Shown here piece by piece: positions 24,330 to 34,208 of a DNA stretch of 64,000 bases. The stretch spans positions 268,665-332,664 of the forward strand of contig CAZGVO010000002.1 in assembly GCA_964529175.1 (NCBI GenBank). The letters run 5' to 3'. The first letter of the stretch is position 1; every line of letters begins with the position of its first letter. The stretch comes from an uncultured Bifidobacterium sp. GTDB taxonomy: Bacteria; Bacteroidota; Bacteroidia; UKL13-3. A program made the position numbers and the translations under genes. The notes under the pieces are model-generated. The model had not been told where the DNA came from, did not search any database, and worked only from the letters and a program-made list of their open reading frames with translations.

Positions 24330-25958
24330 ATGATAAAAAAGATTTCGTTTGTATTGGCCATTTGCGTTTGGTTAGTAAACGCTCATGCGCAAGTATTGCC
24401 TTTAATTCCTCAGCCCAATAAAGTGGAGCTTCAAAAAGGTAGTTTTACCATCAATAAAAACACCATTATTTTTGCCGAAAAAAAATCGAATGAAGCGGCT
24501 TATTTACAGCAATATATTTTTGAAAATTATGGTTTGAAACTTAAGGTTACCCATAAAATTAAGTACGAAACAAATTTAATTACACTTTGGCGTTCATTAG
24601 CAGTTACTCAAGCCGATTCTAATTTAGAAGCTTATAAGTTAAATATTTCTAACAAAAATATAGTTATTAATTCAACAGGTAATGCAGGCTTTTTTTATGC
24701 CATTCAAACATTAATTCAGTTATTACCAATTGATAGGAATGCTGCTTTAACTGTTCCATCTTTAATTATCAACGATGTTCCTCGTTACCAATGGCGTGGC
24801 ATGCATTTAGATTGTAGCCGACATTTTTTTACCAAACAAGAAGTTAAAAAGTACATTGATTATTTAGCCATGTATAAGCTAAATGTATTTCATTGGCATT
24901 TGGTTGATGACCAAGGTTGGCGCATAGAAATAAAAAAGTATCCATTATTAACCCAAATTGGCAGTAAACGCAGTGCTACTTTAATTGGTAAACCCACTTT
25001 TGATGTCAATGGCAATCCATCGCCTAACGATAAGTATGATAGTACTTTATACCAAGGTTTTTATACCCAAAATGATGTAAAAGAAATTGTGGCTTATGCA
25101 AAAAAACGCCATATTACCGTAGTGCCCGAAATAGAAATGCCAGGCCATTCATTGGCTGCTTTGGCTGCTTATCCTCAATTTGCTTGTAATCCTGGTCCAT
25201 TTCAAACTTTTAGCCGTTGGGGCGTTTCCGATGATGTTTATTGCGCTGGAAACGATGAAACATTTACTTTTTTAGAAAATATTTTAACTGAAGTAATGCA
25301 GTTATTTCCTAGTAAATACATTCATATTGGTGGCGATGAATGTGTAAAAACCAAATGGAAAGCTTGCCCTAAATGCCAAAAACGCAAAGCCGATGAACAT
25401 TTGGAAGATGAAGAAGCATTGCAAAGCTATTTTATTACTAGAATTGAGAAAATGGTGAATGCAAATGGACGCCAAATTATTGGTTGGGACGAAATTTTAG
25501 AAGGAGGACTTGCGCCAAATGCTGCTGTTATGAGTTGGCGTGGAATTAATGGAGGCATTGCCGCTGCTAAACAAAAACATTTTGTGGTAATGAGTCCCGG
25601 TCGTCCTTGTTATTTCGACCATTACCAAAGTCGTGCTAAAGATAAAGAACCTGTAGCTATTGGTGGTTTTAATCCGCTAGATTCAGTTTATAATTACAAC
25701 CCAACACCCGATTCGTTAAATGCTGATGAGCAAAAATACATTATGGGTGCTCAAGCCAATGTTTGGACAGAATATATTACCACATTTTCACACGTTGAAT
25801 ACATGTCGTTACCACGAATGAGTGCGCTTTCGGAGGTTTTGTGGACCAATACCGAAAATAAAAATTACCAAAGTTTTATGGATAGATTAAAGCTTCATTC
25901 AGCCATTTTAGATAGAATGAAAGCCAATTATGCCAAACACTTTAACACTACCAATTAA
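24330..25958 (+). CDS. GH20 beta-N-acetylhexosaminidase, secreted
   Basis: 542 aa with a signal peptide. GH20 catalytic region (HWHLVDDQGWRIEIKKYP, EIEMPGHS, HIGGDE). Confidence 0.9.
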   Translation: MIKKISFVLAICVWLVNAHAQVLPLIPQPNKVELQKGSFTINKNTIIFAEKKSNEAAYLQQYIFENYGLKLKVTHKIKYETNLITLWRSLAVTQADSNLEAYKLNISNKNIVINSTGNAGFFYAIQTLIQLLPIDRNAALTVPSLIINDVPRYQWRGMHLDCSRHFFTKQEVKKYIDYLAMYKLNVFHWHLVDDQGWRIEIKKYPLLTQIGSKRSATLIGKPTFDVNGNPSPNDKYDSTLYQGFYTQNDVKEIVAYAKKRHITVVPEIEMPGHSLAALAAYPQFACNPGPFQTFSRWGVSDDVYCAGNDETFTFLENILTEVMQLFPSKYIHIGGDECVKTKWKACPKCQKRKADEHLEDEEALQSYFITRIEKMVNANGRQIIGWDEILEGGLAPNAAVMSWRGINGGIAAAKQKHFVVMSPGRPCYFDHYQSRAKDKEPVAIGGFNPLDSVYNYNPTPDSLNADEQKYIMGAQANVWTEYITTFSHVEYMSLPRMSALSEVLWTNTENKNYQSFMDRLKLHSAILDRMKANYAKHFNTTN

Positions 25959-26944
25959 TGACAGATAGAAGAAAATTTTTAAAAACATCGGCTTTAGCTT
26001 CAGCTGCATTATTGGTTAATGCTTGTAGCACTGATAAACCCAAGGCCAATACCAAAGTAAACAAACCCATCGTACTTTCTACTTGGCGTTTTGGAATTGA
26101 AGCTAACCAAGCTGCTTGGGCTATTTTAAGTAAAAATGGAAAAGCTTTAGATGCAGTAGAAGCAGGTGTTATGGTTCCCGAAGGCGATCCAAAAGAACGT
26201 AGTGTTGGTTATGGTGGCAGACCTGATAGAGATGGTCGTATTACTTTAGATGCTTGCATCATGGATGAACTTTCAAATATTGGTTCGGTAGCAGGTTTGG
26301 AGTTTATAAAACATCCAATTTCGGTAGCTAGGGCTGTTATGGAAAAAACACCTCATGTAATGTTAGTGGGCGATGGTGCACTTCAATTTGCACTTTCACA
26401 AGGTTTTAAAAAAGAAAACCTGATGGTGGAAGAATCAGAAAAAGAATGGAAAGAGTGGCTTAAAAAATCTGAATATAAACCCATTGCAAATATTGAAAAC
26501 CACGATACCATTGGCATGATTGCTTTAGATAGTCATGGAAATCTTTCAGGTGCTTGTACCACAAGTGGCATGGCTTTTAAAATGCATGGCCGTGTGGGCG
26601 ATTCGCCAATAATTGGTGCAGGTTTATATGTAGATAATGAAGTTGGTGCTGCCACAGCCACAGGTCATGGCGAGGAAGTAATCAGAATTGCTGGTTGCCA
26701 TTTGGTGGTAGAATTAATGCGCCAAGGAAAAACACCTCAACAAGCTTGCGAAGAAGCTGTGGCTAGGGTTGTTAAATTAATGGATTTACGTAAAAAGAAT
26801 TTAAAAGATATTCAAGTAGGTTTTATAGCACTGAATAAAAATGGCGAAACTGGCTCGTATTGCGTGCAAAGTGGATTTAACTATGCCGTTTACGATGCCT
26901 CTGGAAACCGATTGATTGATGCAGGTTATCATATAAAAGTTTAA
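25958..26944 (+). CDS. N4-(beta-N-acetylglucosaminyl)-L-asparaginase (glycosylasparaginase, Ntn hydrolase)
   Basis: 328 aa with a Tat-like signal (RRKFLKTSALASAALL). Autoproteolysis/nucleophile region HDTIGMIALD...GRVGDSPIIGAGLYVD matches Flavobacterium-type glycosylasparaginase. Start overlaps the upstream stop by 1 nt. Confidence 0.9.
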   Translation: MTDRRKFLKTSALASAALLVNACSTDKPKANTKVNKPIVLSTWRFGIEANQAAWAILSKNGKALDAVEAGVMVPEGDPKERSVGYGGRPDRDGRITLDACIMDELSNIGSVAGLEFIKHPISVARAVMEKTPHVMLVGDGALQFALSQGFKKENLMVEESEKEWKEWLKKSEYKPIANIENHDTIGMIALDSHGNLSGACTTSGMAFKMHGRVGDSPIIGAGLYVDNEVGAATATGHGEEVIRIAGCHLVVELMRQGKTPQQACEEAVARVVKLMDLRKKNLKDIQVGFIALNKNGETGSYCVQSGFNYAVYDASGNRLIDAGYHIKV

Positions 26945-26954
26945 AAATTATAAT

Positions 26955-27623
26955 ATGGACAGAAAACTGGAAATAGCTTGTTTTAACGCTGAGTCGGCTT
27001 TGGTGGCCCAGCAAGCAGGCGCTGATAGAATTGAGTTTTGTGCCAATATGGAAGTAGGTGGCATTACTCCTTCGTTGAGCGATTTTTTGACTATTAAATC
27101 AAAAACAAATATTCCAGTTTATGTAATGATAAGGCCTCGTGGGGGTGATTTTATTTACTCTAATGCACATTTTGAGCAAATGCGCAACAGCATTATTCAG
27201 TTTAAAAATGCAGGTGCAAATGGTTTTGTATTTGGAATTTTAACTGCAAATGGCGAGGTTGACATTAATAGGAACAAACAATTAATTCAGTTAGCCGATG
27301 CAGTTCCTTGCACGTTTCATAAAGCTTTTGATGCTGTTTTAAATCCTATTGATGCTTTGCAACAATTAATAACAATTGGTTTTAAAAATGTGCTTACATC
27401 GGGTCAGCAACCCACTGCCATGCAAGGTGTTGATTTATTAAAACAACTAGCCAATAATGCTAATAATCAAATAAATATAATGATAGGAGGCAGTGTTCGT
27501 TCCAATAATATTGCAGAACTAAAGCAAGAAATTCCTTCTAAATGGTTTCATTCATCAGCTATTTTGCAAGGAAGTGCTGCCGATTTTGATGAAGTAAAAA
27601 ATTTAAAAGCAAAACTAGTTTGA
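26955..27623 (+). CDS. cutC: CutC family protein
   Basis: 222 aa. LEIACFNAESALVAQQAGADRIEFCA...IRPRGGDFIYS is collinear with E. coli CutC. Confidence 0.9.
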   Translation: MDRKLEIACFNAESALVAQQAGADRIEFCANMEVGGITPSLSDFLTIKSKTNIPVYVMIRPRGGDFIYSNAHFEQMRNSIIQFKNAGANGFVFGILTANGEVDINRNKQLIQLADAVPCTFHKAFDAVLNPIDALQQLITIGFKNVLTSGQQPTAMQGVDLLKQLANNANNQINIMIGGSVRSNNIAELKQEIPSKWFHSSAILQGSAADFDEVKNLKAKLV

Positions 27624-30139
27624 AAAAAAATTTACTACTACTTTTTACTTATATCTTATTGCCTTTACTAGCCTTTAATCAATCATTTGAAAAGAATTTA
27701 AGTAAAGAAAAATGGCAATTTAAAAATGTCAAAGAAACGGAGTGGTTAAAAGCCAAAGTTCCTGGAACTGTTCATACCGATTTACTCCAATTAAAGAAAA
27801 TTCCTGATCCATATTTAGCCAATAACGAAAGCCTTTTACAATATTTAGAAAACGAAAATTGGGATTATAAAACTAATTTTATAATTACTAAGGCAGAACT
27901 AGATAACGAACACATTGATTTACAGTTTGATGGACTTGATACTTATGCCAAGGTTTTTGTAAACGATTCGCTGGTTTTGGAAGCAAATAACATGTTTAGA
28001 ACTTGGATTATTGATATAAAAAAAGGATTACATGTAGGCAAAAATACCATTTATATTCAGTTTGAATCTGCTGTAAATAAGGCAAAATTGGAGGTTGCTA
28101 AATTACCTTACACCTTACCTGGCGATGAAAAAGTTTTTGTTCGTAAAGCCCAATATCAGTTTGGTTGGGATTGGGGGCCACGCTTTGTTACTTGCGGTAT
28201 TTGGAAAGATGTAAAGTTAAAATTTTGGAACCAAGCTAAAATCAATCATGTGCAGTTTATTCAAAAAAGTTTAACCAATACCAAAGCGCTTGTGGAGTTT
28301 AAATTGCAAATTAACAGCTCGTTAGATGATATGTTTCAAATAAAAGTTCTGGATAACAATGCTGTTAAAGTTTTTGATATGAATGTTAATTTACAAAGTG
28401 GTTCAAATTCCATAAAATTAGCAATTGAAATAAAAGACCCCAAACTTTGGTGGACACATAATTTAGGAGAACAAAATTTATATAATTATGCTTTTAGATT
28501 AACAAATTCAAAGCGATTTGTGGATTCAACTAGTGTTACTTTTGGCTTACGAACCATTGAGTTAATGCAAGAAAAAGACAGTGTTGGCAAGTCGTTTTAT
28601 TTTAAACTAAATGGTGTGCCAATTTTTACCAAAGGTGCTAATTATATTCCTGAAGACAATTTTTTACCTCGTGTAAATTTAGCCAAAACCAAAGAGTTAA
28701 TTAAAAATGCCAAAGCAGCTAATATCAATATGTTGCGAGTGTGGGGTGGAGGAACTTATGCTAGCAACGATTTTTATAAATTATGTAATCAAAATGGAAT
28801 TTTGGTTTGGCAAGATTTTATGTTTGCTTGTGCCATGTATCCTGCTAATAATGAGTTTTTATCAAATGTAAGTGCCGAAATAAATGATCAAATTGTAAGA
28901 TTACGAAATAACCCAAGTTTGGCCATTTGGTGTGGCAATAACGAAATAGATGAAGGTTGGAAAAACTGGGGTTGGCAAAAGCAATTTAATTATTCTACTG
29001 CCGATTCAACTAAAATTGCGCAGCAGTATAAAACCTTATTCGAAATTGTAATTAAAAATGCGGTGTATCACTTAGATAATTCGCGTTCTTATTGGCCTAG
29101 TTCCCCAAGTATTGGCTGGGGGCGAAAAGAAAGTTTAACCCAAGGCGATGCTCATTATTGGGGTGTTTGGTGGGGAATGGAACCGTTTAAAATGTACCAA
29201 AATAAAGTTGGGAGATTTATGAGCGAGTATGGTTTTCAAGGCATGCCATCAGTTCAAACTTTTAAAAATATGGGTGCGTTGCAATTAAAAGAGGGGAAAA
29301 ATGTGTTGGATTCAGCTATTTTAAAAACGCATCAAAAGCACCCAACTGGCTATAAAACCATTCAAACTTACATGGAGCGCGATTATTTGGTTCCAAAAAC
29401 TTTCGAAAACTATGTGTACGTGTCTCAATTATTGCAAGCCGAAGGTATGAAAACAGCCATTGAAGCACATAGAAGAGCTATGCCATACTGTATGGGCAGT
29501 TTATATTGGCAGTTAAACGATTGTTGGCCTGTTACCTCTTGGAGTTCTGTTGATTATAATGGAGATTGGAAAGCTTTACATTATCAAGTAAAGCAATCAT
29601 TTAGCGATGTGTTGATTTCATTCCAAGATAAAGGCGATTCTGTTTTGGTTTATATTGTATCTGATAAACTTATGCCTATAAAAGGTACTTTGCAAGTAAA
29701 ACTAATTGATTTTCAGGGTAAAGTGCATTTTATTGAAAACGAGGAGATTGTAATAAAACCTAACACCAGCGCTATTTATTATTATTTTAGTAAAGCCAAT
29801 TTAAAAACCAATATTAATTTAAAAAATGTGGTGCTTCAAGCTTCTTTTACCAATAAAAACAACAATTTTAGTGCCTTACATTACTTTAATAGTCCAAAGA
29901 ATTTAAATATTCAAAATCCTAATATCCGCATAAAATATATTGGCAATAATCAAATTGAAATTACTACCGATGTATTGGCTAAAAATGTGTTTTTAAGTTT
30001 CAAAAATGAGCAAATTAAACTTGATAATAACTACTTTGATTTATTACCTAACGAAAAGAAAATCATTCAAATATCGAACAATTTTAAAACACCTGATTTA
30101 TTAGATATCAGCGTAAAAACTTTATTTGATGCCAAATAA
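27620..30139 (+). CDS. GH2 beta-mannosidase
   Basis: 839 aa. VPGTVHTDLL, QFGWDWGPRF and the GH2 catalytic region are present. 4-nt overlap with cutC. Confidence 0.9.
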   Translation: MKKNLLLLFTYILLPLLAFNQSFEKNLSKEKWQFKNVKETEWLKAKVPGTVHTDLLQLKKIPDPYLANNESLLQYLENENWDYKTNFIITKAELDNEHIDLQFDGLDTYAKVFVNDSLVLEANNMFRTWIIDIKKGLHVGKNTIYIQFESAVNKAKLEVAKLPYTLPGDEKVFVRKAQYQFGWDWGPRFVTCGIWKDVKLKFWNQAKINHVQFIQKSLTNTKALVEFKLQINSSLDDMFQIKVLDNNAVKVFDMNVNLQSGSNSIKLAIEIKDPKLWWTHNLGEQNLYNYAFRLTNSKRFVDSTSVTFGLRTIELMQEKDSVGKSFYFKLNGVPIFTKGANYIPEDNFLPRVNLAKTKELIKNAKAANINMLRVWGGGTYASNDFYKLCNQNGILVWQDFMFACAMYPANNEFLSNVSAEINDQIVRLRNNPSLAIWCGNNEIDEGWKNWGWQKQFNYSTADSTKIAQQYKTLFEIVIKNAVYHLDNSRSYWPSSPSIGWGRKESLTQGDAHYWGVWWGMEPFKMYQNKVGRFMSEYGFQGMPSVQTFKNMGALQLKEGKNVLDSAILKTHQKHPTGYKTIQTYMERDYLVPKTFENYVYVSQLLQAEGMKTAIEAHRRAMPYCMGSLYWQLNDCWPVTSWSSVDYNGDWKALHYQVKQSFSDVLISFQDKGDSVLVYIVSDKLMPIKGTLQVKLIDFQGKVHFIENEEIVIKPNTSAIYYYFSKANLKTNINLKNVVLQASFTNKNNNFSALHYFNSPKNLNIQNPNIRIKYIGNNQIEITTDVLAKNVFLSFKNEQIKLDNNYFDLLPNEKKIIQISNNFKTPDLLDISVKTLFDAK

Positions 30140-30140
30140 A

Positions 30141-30174
30141 TAAGTTAATATGACTATCGGAATATAGGAAAGTA
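30141..30174. repeat. left terminal inverted repeat
   Basis: taagttaatatgactatcggaatataggaaagta. The last 24 nt match the reverse complement of 34652-34675 perfectly. Confidence 0.85.
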
Positions 30175-30392
30175 TAAATAAAATTCAAATCTATCAATTT
30201 ATTAAGTCAAAATAATAATATATATGTTATATGAAACGAATAATGTATAAAATAATTGATTGTATTGATTATTTAAAAAGCGGTAGAAATGTTTTAACAA
30301 ATAAAGAAATATCTAACAAACTAGAACTTTTAGAAAAAAGAATAGAAGCTATAGAAGCTGAATTTACAGTTAGTGAAGGATTTCTTGACGAA

Positions 30393-30653
30393 CTATTTAT
30401 TATTTGAGAATTTTTTGAGTAATAAGGTTGAGCTAGGCGCAATTTTAAACAAAGTTGCGGTTATATCTTCAGCAATTTCATCACTAAAAATATCATCAAG
30501 TTCTTTTTTTTGAGGGGGTGTTAATTTTATATGTCTATTTATAAAATTATTCAACCCATCTAATCTAAATGCATTTATTGCAACAAGTCTATATAAATTG
30601 AGTATTTCATCATCTTTTGAAACAGCTACTGTTTTCTTTTTTGGACTTGGCAT
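30393..30653 (-). CDS. hypothetical protein (inside mobile element)
   Basis: 86 aa ORF immediately downstream of the transposase on the same strand. No recognisable motif. Confidence 0.35.
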   Translation of the reverse strand: MPSPKKKTVAVSKDDEILNLYRLVAINAFRLDGLNNFINRHIKLTPPQKKELDDIFSDEIAEDITATLFKIAPSSTLLLKKFSNNK

Positions 30654-30702
30654 AGTTGATAATTTTTGTCAAATAAATGTATTATTTTGATAAAAACCAA
30701 AT

Positions 30703-31632
30703 TTACAAAGCAGCAATAAGGATTCTATCAAAGAGGTCAGTTGTGAAATTTCTGCGATTAAGTTTGTAGCAGAACTCATTTAAATGGTTTTGTAAATTGT
30801 CAGTACCCACAGAATGATGTACACCTAATAATTGTCTTTTAGCATTTGCAATCATTGTATGTACCCAAGGTAATAATTGACCTGCTTTTTTACTAGGTAC
30901 TTCCATAGGTTTATGAGTTTTTACAACATCACTTAACTTTGAATATCCACGCCATTTGTCACTAATAATAGTTGCATTACTATCAACATGCTTTTTTACT
31001 TCATAGTTTATCCCTGTGCTAGTTAAATCATCCATTACAATCATTTTAACAAATCCCATAACACGTTTTTTCTTGTGTAGTGAAACTTGATTGTTATTTG
31101 GTTCACTTTCTACCATTACCAACACTTTTCTTTTGTCAGAACCACGACCTTGTTTAACCAATGGTTTATCTTCAATCACATTACCAAGTCTATCTTTTTT
31201 AGCAAGGTTTACCACTTCAAAAAAACCTTCATCCATTTCAATAGTGCCTTTTAATTTATAAAGGTTTTCTCTTTCACCCATTGCACGTCTTATTTTATTT
31301 ACCATATCTAAAACAGGTTCATAAAATTTATGACCTAGTTGTCTTTGCATTTCCAAAGCACTGAAAGGCTTTTTAACTGTTGACATTAGATGAATTGCAA
31401 GAAACCAACTATACATAGGCATTTTTGATTTATGCATCATTGTACTAGCTTTTAAATTCGTTCTTGAATTGCATTTTGAACATTGCCATTTTTCAACACC
31501 TTTTAACCAATAATGCTTTGTTACGATTAAACAGTTTTTGCATGTAATACCTTCTTTTTCTCTACACTCTTTTAAATATGTTTTACAAGATTGTTCGTCT
31601 TTAAATTTTTTTGTGAATTCTAGTATATTCAT
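30703..31632 (-). CDS. IS1595 family transposase
   Basis: 309 aa. N-terminal IS1595 zinc-ribbon (CKNC...W...QCSKC...KASTMMHKSKMPMYSWFLAIHLM...SALEMQRQLG...KIRRAMG), then a DDE region (IEMDEGFF...). Confidence 0.85.
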   Translation of the reverse strand: MNILEFTKKFKDEQSCKTYLKECREKEGITCKNCLIVTKHYWLKGVEKWQCSKCNSRTNLKASTMMHKSKMPMYSWFLAIHLMSTVKKPFSALEMQRQLGHKFYEPVLDMVNKIRRAMGERENLYKLKGTIEMDEGFFEVVNLAKKDRLGNVIEDKPLVKQGRGSDKRKVLVMVESEPNNNQVSLHKKKRVMGFVKMIVMDDLTSTGINYEVKKHVDSNATIISDKWRGYSKLSDVVKTHKPMEVPSKKAGQLLPWVHTMIANAKRQLLGVHHSVGTDNLQNHLNEFCYKLNRRNFTTDLFDRILIAAL

Positions 31633-32017
31633 TTTCTGTTTTTATCTTTTTTGACCCTACAAAGATATAAATGCCTGGTTATCTTTAGGTTACAAATTTA
31701 CTAAAGTTATCCACATAACTTTCTCATTATGAGAAACTTACATTCATTTTGGGATAAATATAGCTATATAATTATTATAGAGATTTAAGATAAAAAAGTT
31801 TTACTTGAACATAAAAAAAGCCACTTTTTACAAAGCAGCTTTTTTTTATATATAAGGGTATGAAAATAAATCGATTTAAAATACTGCTTACTGAAATGAA
31901 AAGAGAGAATTATAAAGTTTTCAACTTTTTTCAGAAACTGAGTCATATTTATTATATCCTTTTTCCGATTCATTATGAAAATGGATATAAAAAACGTGTA
32001 AAAAAATACCGTAAGAA

Positions 32018-32254
32018 TTAGCTAGATATTGCTATTGATGGTGTATAATCACTACCATTTGGCATTATATTGATAATTTCAATATCTTTATTTAAAAGGT
32101 TATTTATTATAGCCATATTGTGTGTGTCATCAAGCTCATGATGGAAAGAGGTAATATAATTACCTGAATAACTTTTTGGCATTATTCTTACTTTGTATGT
32201 TGGGTACTTGGCAAATATTAAATTAATCATATCTGCGATTTCTTGGTTGTTCAT
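32018..32254 (-). CDS. hypothetical small protein (cargo)
   Basis: 78 aa ORF immediately downstream of the DUF2158-like ORF, same strand. Confidence 0.3.
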   Translation of the reverse strand: MNNQEIADMINLIFAKYPTYKVRIMPKSYSGNYITSFHHELDDTHNMAIINNLLNKDIEIINIMPNGSDYTPSIAISS

Positions 32255-32282
32255 ATTTTTAGTGGTTAATAATGTGTTTAAT

Positions 32283-32459
32283 TATCAAAATCAGAAGGTA
32301 CAACTTCAAGCATTTTTATGTCAAAAACTTCCCTGTGCAATATACTATTTATATCATGCCAAACACAAATTGCATTGTCGTCATAAGTTCCTTCGATTAC
32401 CATAATCGTTTCATTGCCTTTCAATTTTACTGTATTACCTATTTCTAATTTGTCCATTT
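32283..32459 (-). CDS. DUF2158 (YodC-like) small protein, not in supplied ORF track
   Basis: My translation gives 58 aa: MDKLEIGNTVKLKGNETIMVIEGTYDDNAICVWHDINSILHREVFDIKMLEVVPSDFDN. It fits the DUF2158 pattern (GD.V.LKSGGP.MTV...C.WF). Confidence 0.5.
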
Positions 32460-32466
32460 GTTATAT

Positions 32467-33216
32467 TTAGTTTGTTGTGAAAATTTTCTTTGAATACCAT
32501 CTCCGATGGTCTCGCCCAAGCGAGTATTTATTATCAAAAAGAGCAAAATACAATGTATTTTTTTCTAGTTGATAGATGTCATTGATAGTACCTTCTTGAA
32601 TCAATTTACCTGAATAATCATATACTTTTATATTATCAATTTTAGATGTTGATTCAAACTTGTTATTTACAAACTTCACATCATTCACTAGTGATAATTC
32701 ATTAATAGAAGTATTACTTTTAGTATAATGATAAAATATTGTAGGATTTAATAGATATAATCTAGTAGAAATTTCATTTGCAGCTAAATATGATAATTTT
32801 AAAGAATCAGTTCTAAATTCAGTAAATGAATAGGATTGTTGTAAATTATATATATTAGAGGGTAATCATGCTCCATCGTTTATATTAAATACCCTAAAAT
32901 TAAAAGATATATTGTTAGTATATTGTATAAAATACATACTTATGCTATCTATTGTAACTTCTCTATTGAATTTTTTCACTAAATTTAGTATATGACCTTC
33001 TTGTAAAGTATCTTTTTTATTATTTGGATCAAATGCACTATATGATGCAATTGCCCAATATGTATTTGTTCTGCCATAATCAAATAGTAATACACTATCT
33101 TTATGGAAAGTATAACTTTCATAAACGGTGGTTGAATCTGCAGATTGTGCTTTCACATTATAGGTAAAGCCAACTAACGTTAGTGCTAGTATTAAACATT
33201 TGGTTAAATTTTCCAT
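32467..33216 (-). pseudogene. secreted protein gene interrupted by a single in-frame TGA (at 32866-32868)
   Basis: ORFs 32866-33216 and 32467-32688 are in the same frame (528 nt apart). I translated the 59 codons between them and found no other stop. The N-terminus has a signal peptide. The C-terminus (KVYDYSGKLIQEG...LYFALF) weakly resembles a T9SS sorting domain. Confidence 0.5.
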
Positions 33217-33221
33217 AGTCT

Positions 33222-33506
33222 TTATAAGTAAGATTTAAATTCTTCTACCTCACTTGAATGCATCCAAAAAGCAACTTCTTTACCGTTATATTTTTTAATG
33301 GTGACAAGCTTGTTACCTTGTAACATTTTAACCCCTTTGAAAATACCAATAATGAATATGATGTTTATAATAGCAATGAAAACATTACCCATTGAATGCA
33401 CTGTTTCAATATCTTCTCTTTGCACGACTTCGCTCATTCCAAGCAATCCATTAATTTTAACTGAACGATCGTTTACAGTTATTTTTCCGTTTTTAAATGA
33501 CTTCAT
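33222..33506 (-). CDS. hypothetical membrane protein (bacterial PH-domain-like)
   Basis: 94 aa with one transmembrane helix (VFIAIINIIFIIGIF) flanked by beta-rich segments. Confidence 0.35.
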   Translation of the reverse strand: MKSFKNGKITVNDRSVKINGLLGMSEVVQREDIETVHSMGNVFIAIINIIFIIGIFKGVKMLQGNKLVTIKKYNGKEVAFWMHSSEVEEFKSYL

Positions 33507-33541
33507 ATTTTTTATAATTTAGAGCAATTATAAAACATTTT

Positions 33542-33838
33542 TTGAAATTTAAACGAATCCGTTTAAATACTTTCTTTGTTCTTACTCTACTATTGGTTTT
33601 ACAAATGCCAATAAGTAAATTACAAAAAAGTCAGTTGAAAGCTTTGGGTTTAAAAGTGAAAACCATCAGAAAGGAAAAGAATTTAACCTTACAAGAATTG
33701 GCATATTCTATTGGTAAAGACCATCAATCTATATATAGACTTGAATCAGGTGGTGTAAACCCATCGTATCTATACTTACTTGATATATGCAAAGGTTTAG
33801 ATATTCATATTGATACTTTGTTGAAAGATATTGTCTAA
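33542..33838 (+). CDS. XRE-family helix-turn-helix transcriptional regulator
   Basis: Helix-turn-helix KEKNLTLQELAYSIGKDHQSIYRLESG. The likely true start is the Met at about 33608 (MPISKLQKSQLKALG). Confidence 0.7.
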   Translation: MKFKRIRLNTFFVLTLLLVLQMPISKLQKSQLKALGLKVKTIRKEKNLTLQELAYSIGKDHQSIYRLESGGVNPSYLYLLDICKGLDIHIDTLLKDIV

Positions 33839-33882
33839 TTACTTTTCAATTTTCATACCTTTGATTTCTAATTTGATAAGTT

Positions 33883-34197
33883 ATGGAAATTATAAAAACA
33901 TTTGGTGATTGGATTATTGATGAAGGTGGAATAACTTGGACAACACATGGTGATTATTTCATTGAAAAAAGTAGACTATGGGAAACAATAGATGGTAATA
34001 ATGGTGTTTTATTATTTGATTGGTTGATTCATATGGCAGAGAAAAAACAACTAACTTCAGAAAATGTACACGAGTTGAATAATGCTTTCATATATGCACT
34101 AGATTATTTTAAAGAGTTAAAACCTCAAAATATAAATCCTTCACTTGAAGATACATTATTACTTCAAAAGCAGATGTTAAATAATAGGAAAAAATAA
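33883..34197 (+). CDS. hypothetical protein (cargo, downstream of XRE regulator)
   Basis: 104 aa. No recognised motif. Co-directional with the XRE gene. Confidence 0.4.
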   Translation: MEIIKTFGDWIIDEGGITWTTHGDYFIEKSRLWETIDGNNGVLLFDWLIHMAEKKQLTSENVHELNNAFIYALDYFKELKPQNINPSLEDTLLLQKQMLNNRKK

Positions 34198-34208
34198 TAC
34201 GTTTTAAT

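Noticed and set aside
31811-31850. Possible terminator aaaaaagccactttttacaaagcagcttttttt inside the mobile element
   Set aside because: T-runs are present but no convincing stem. The halves are not complementary.
31785-31973. 62 aa minus-strand ORF upstream of the transposase
   Set aside because: Sits in the probable transposase promoter and spacer. Asn/Lys/Phe-rich. No support.
32193-32405. 70 aa plus-strand ORF in the cargo region
   Set aside because: Overlaps and is antisense to the DUF2158-like ORF and the 78 aa ORF, which have better coding character.
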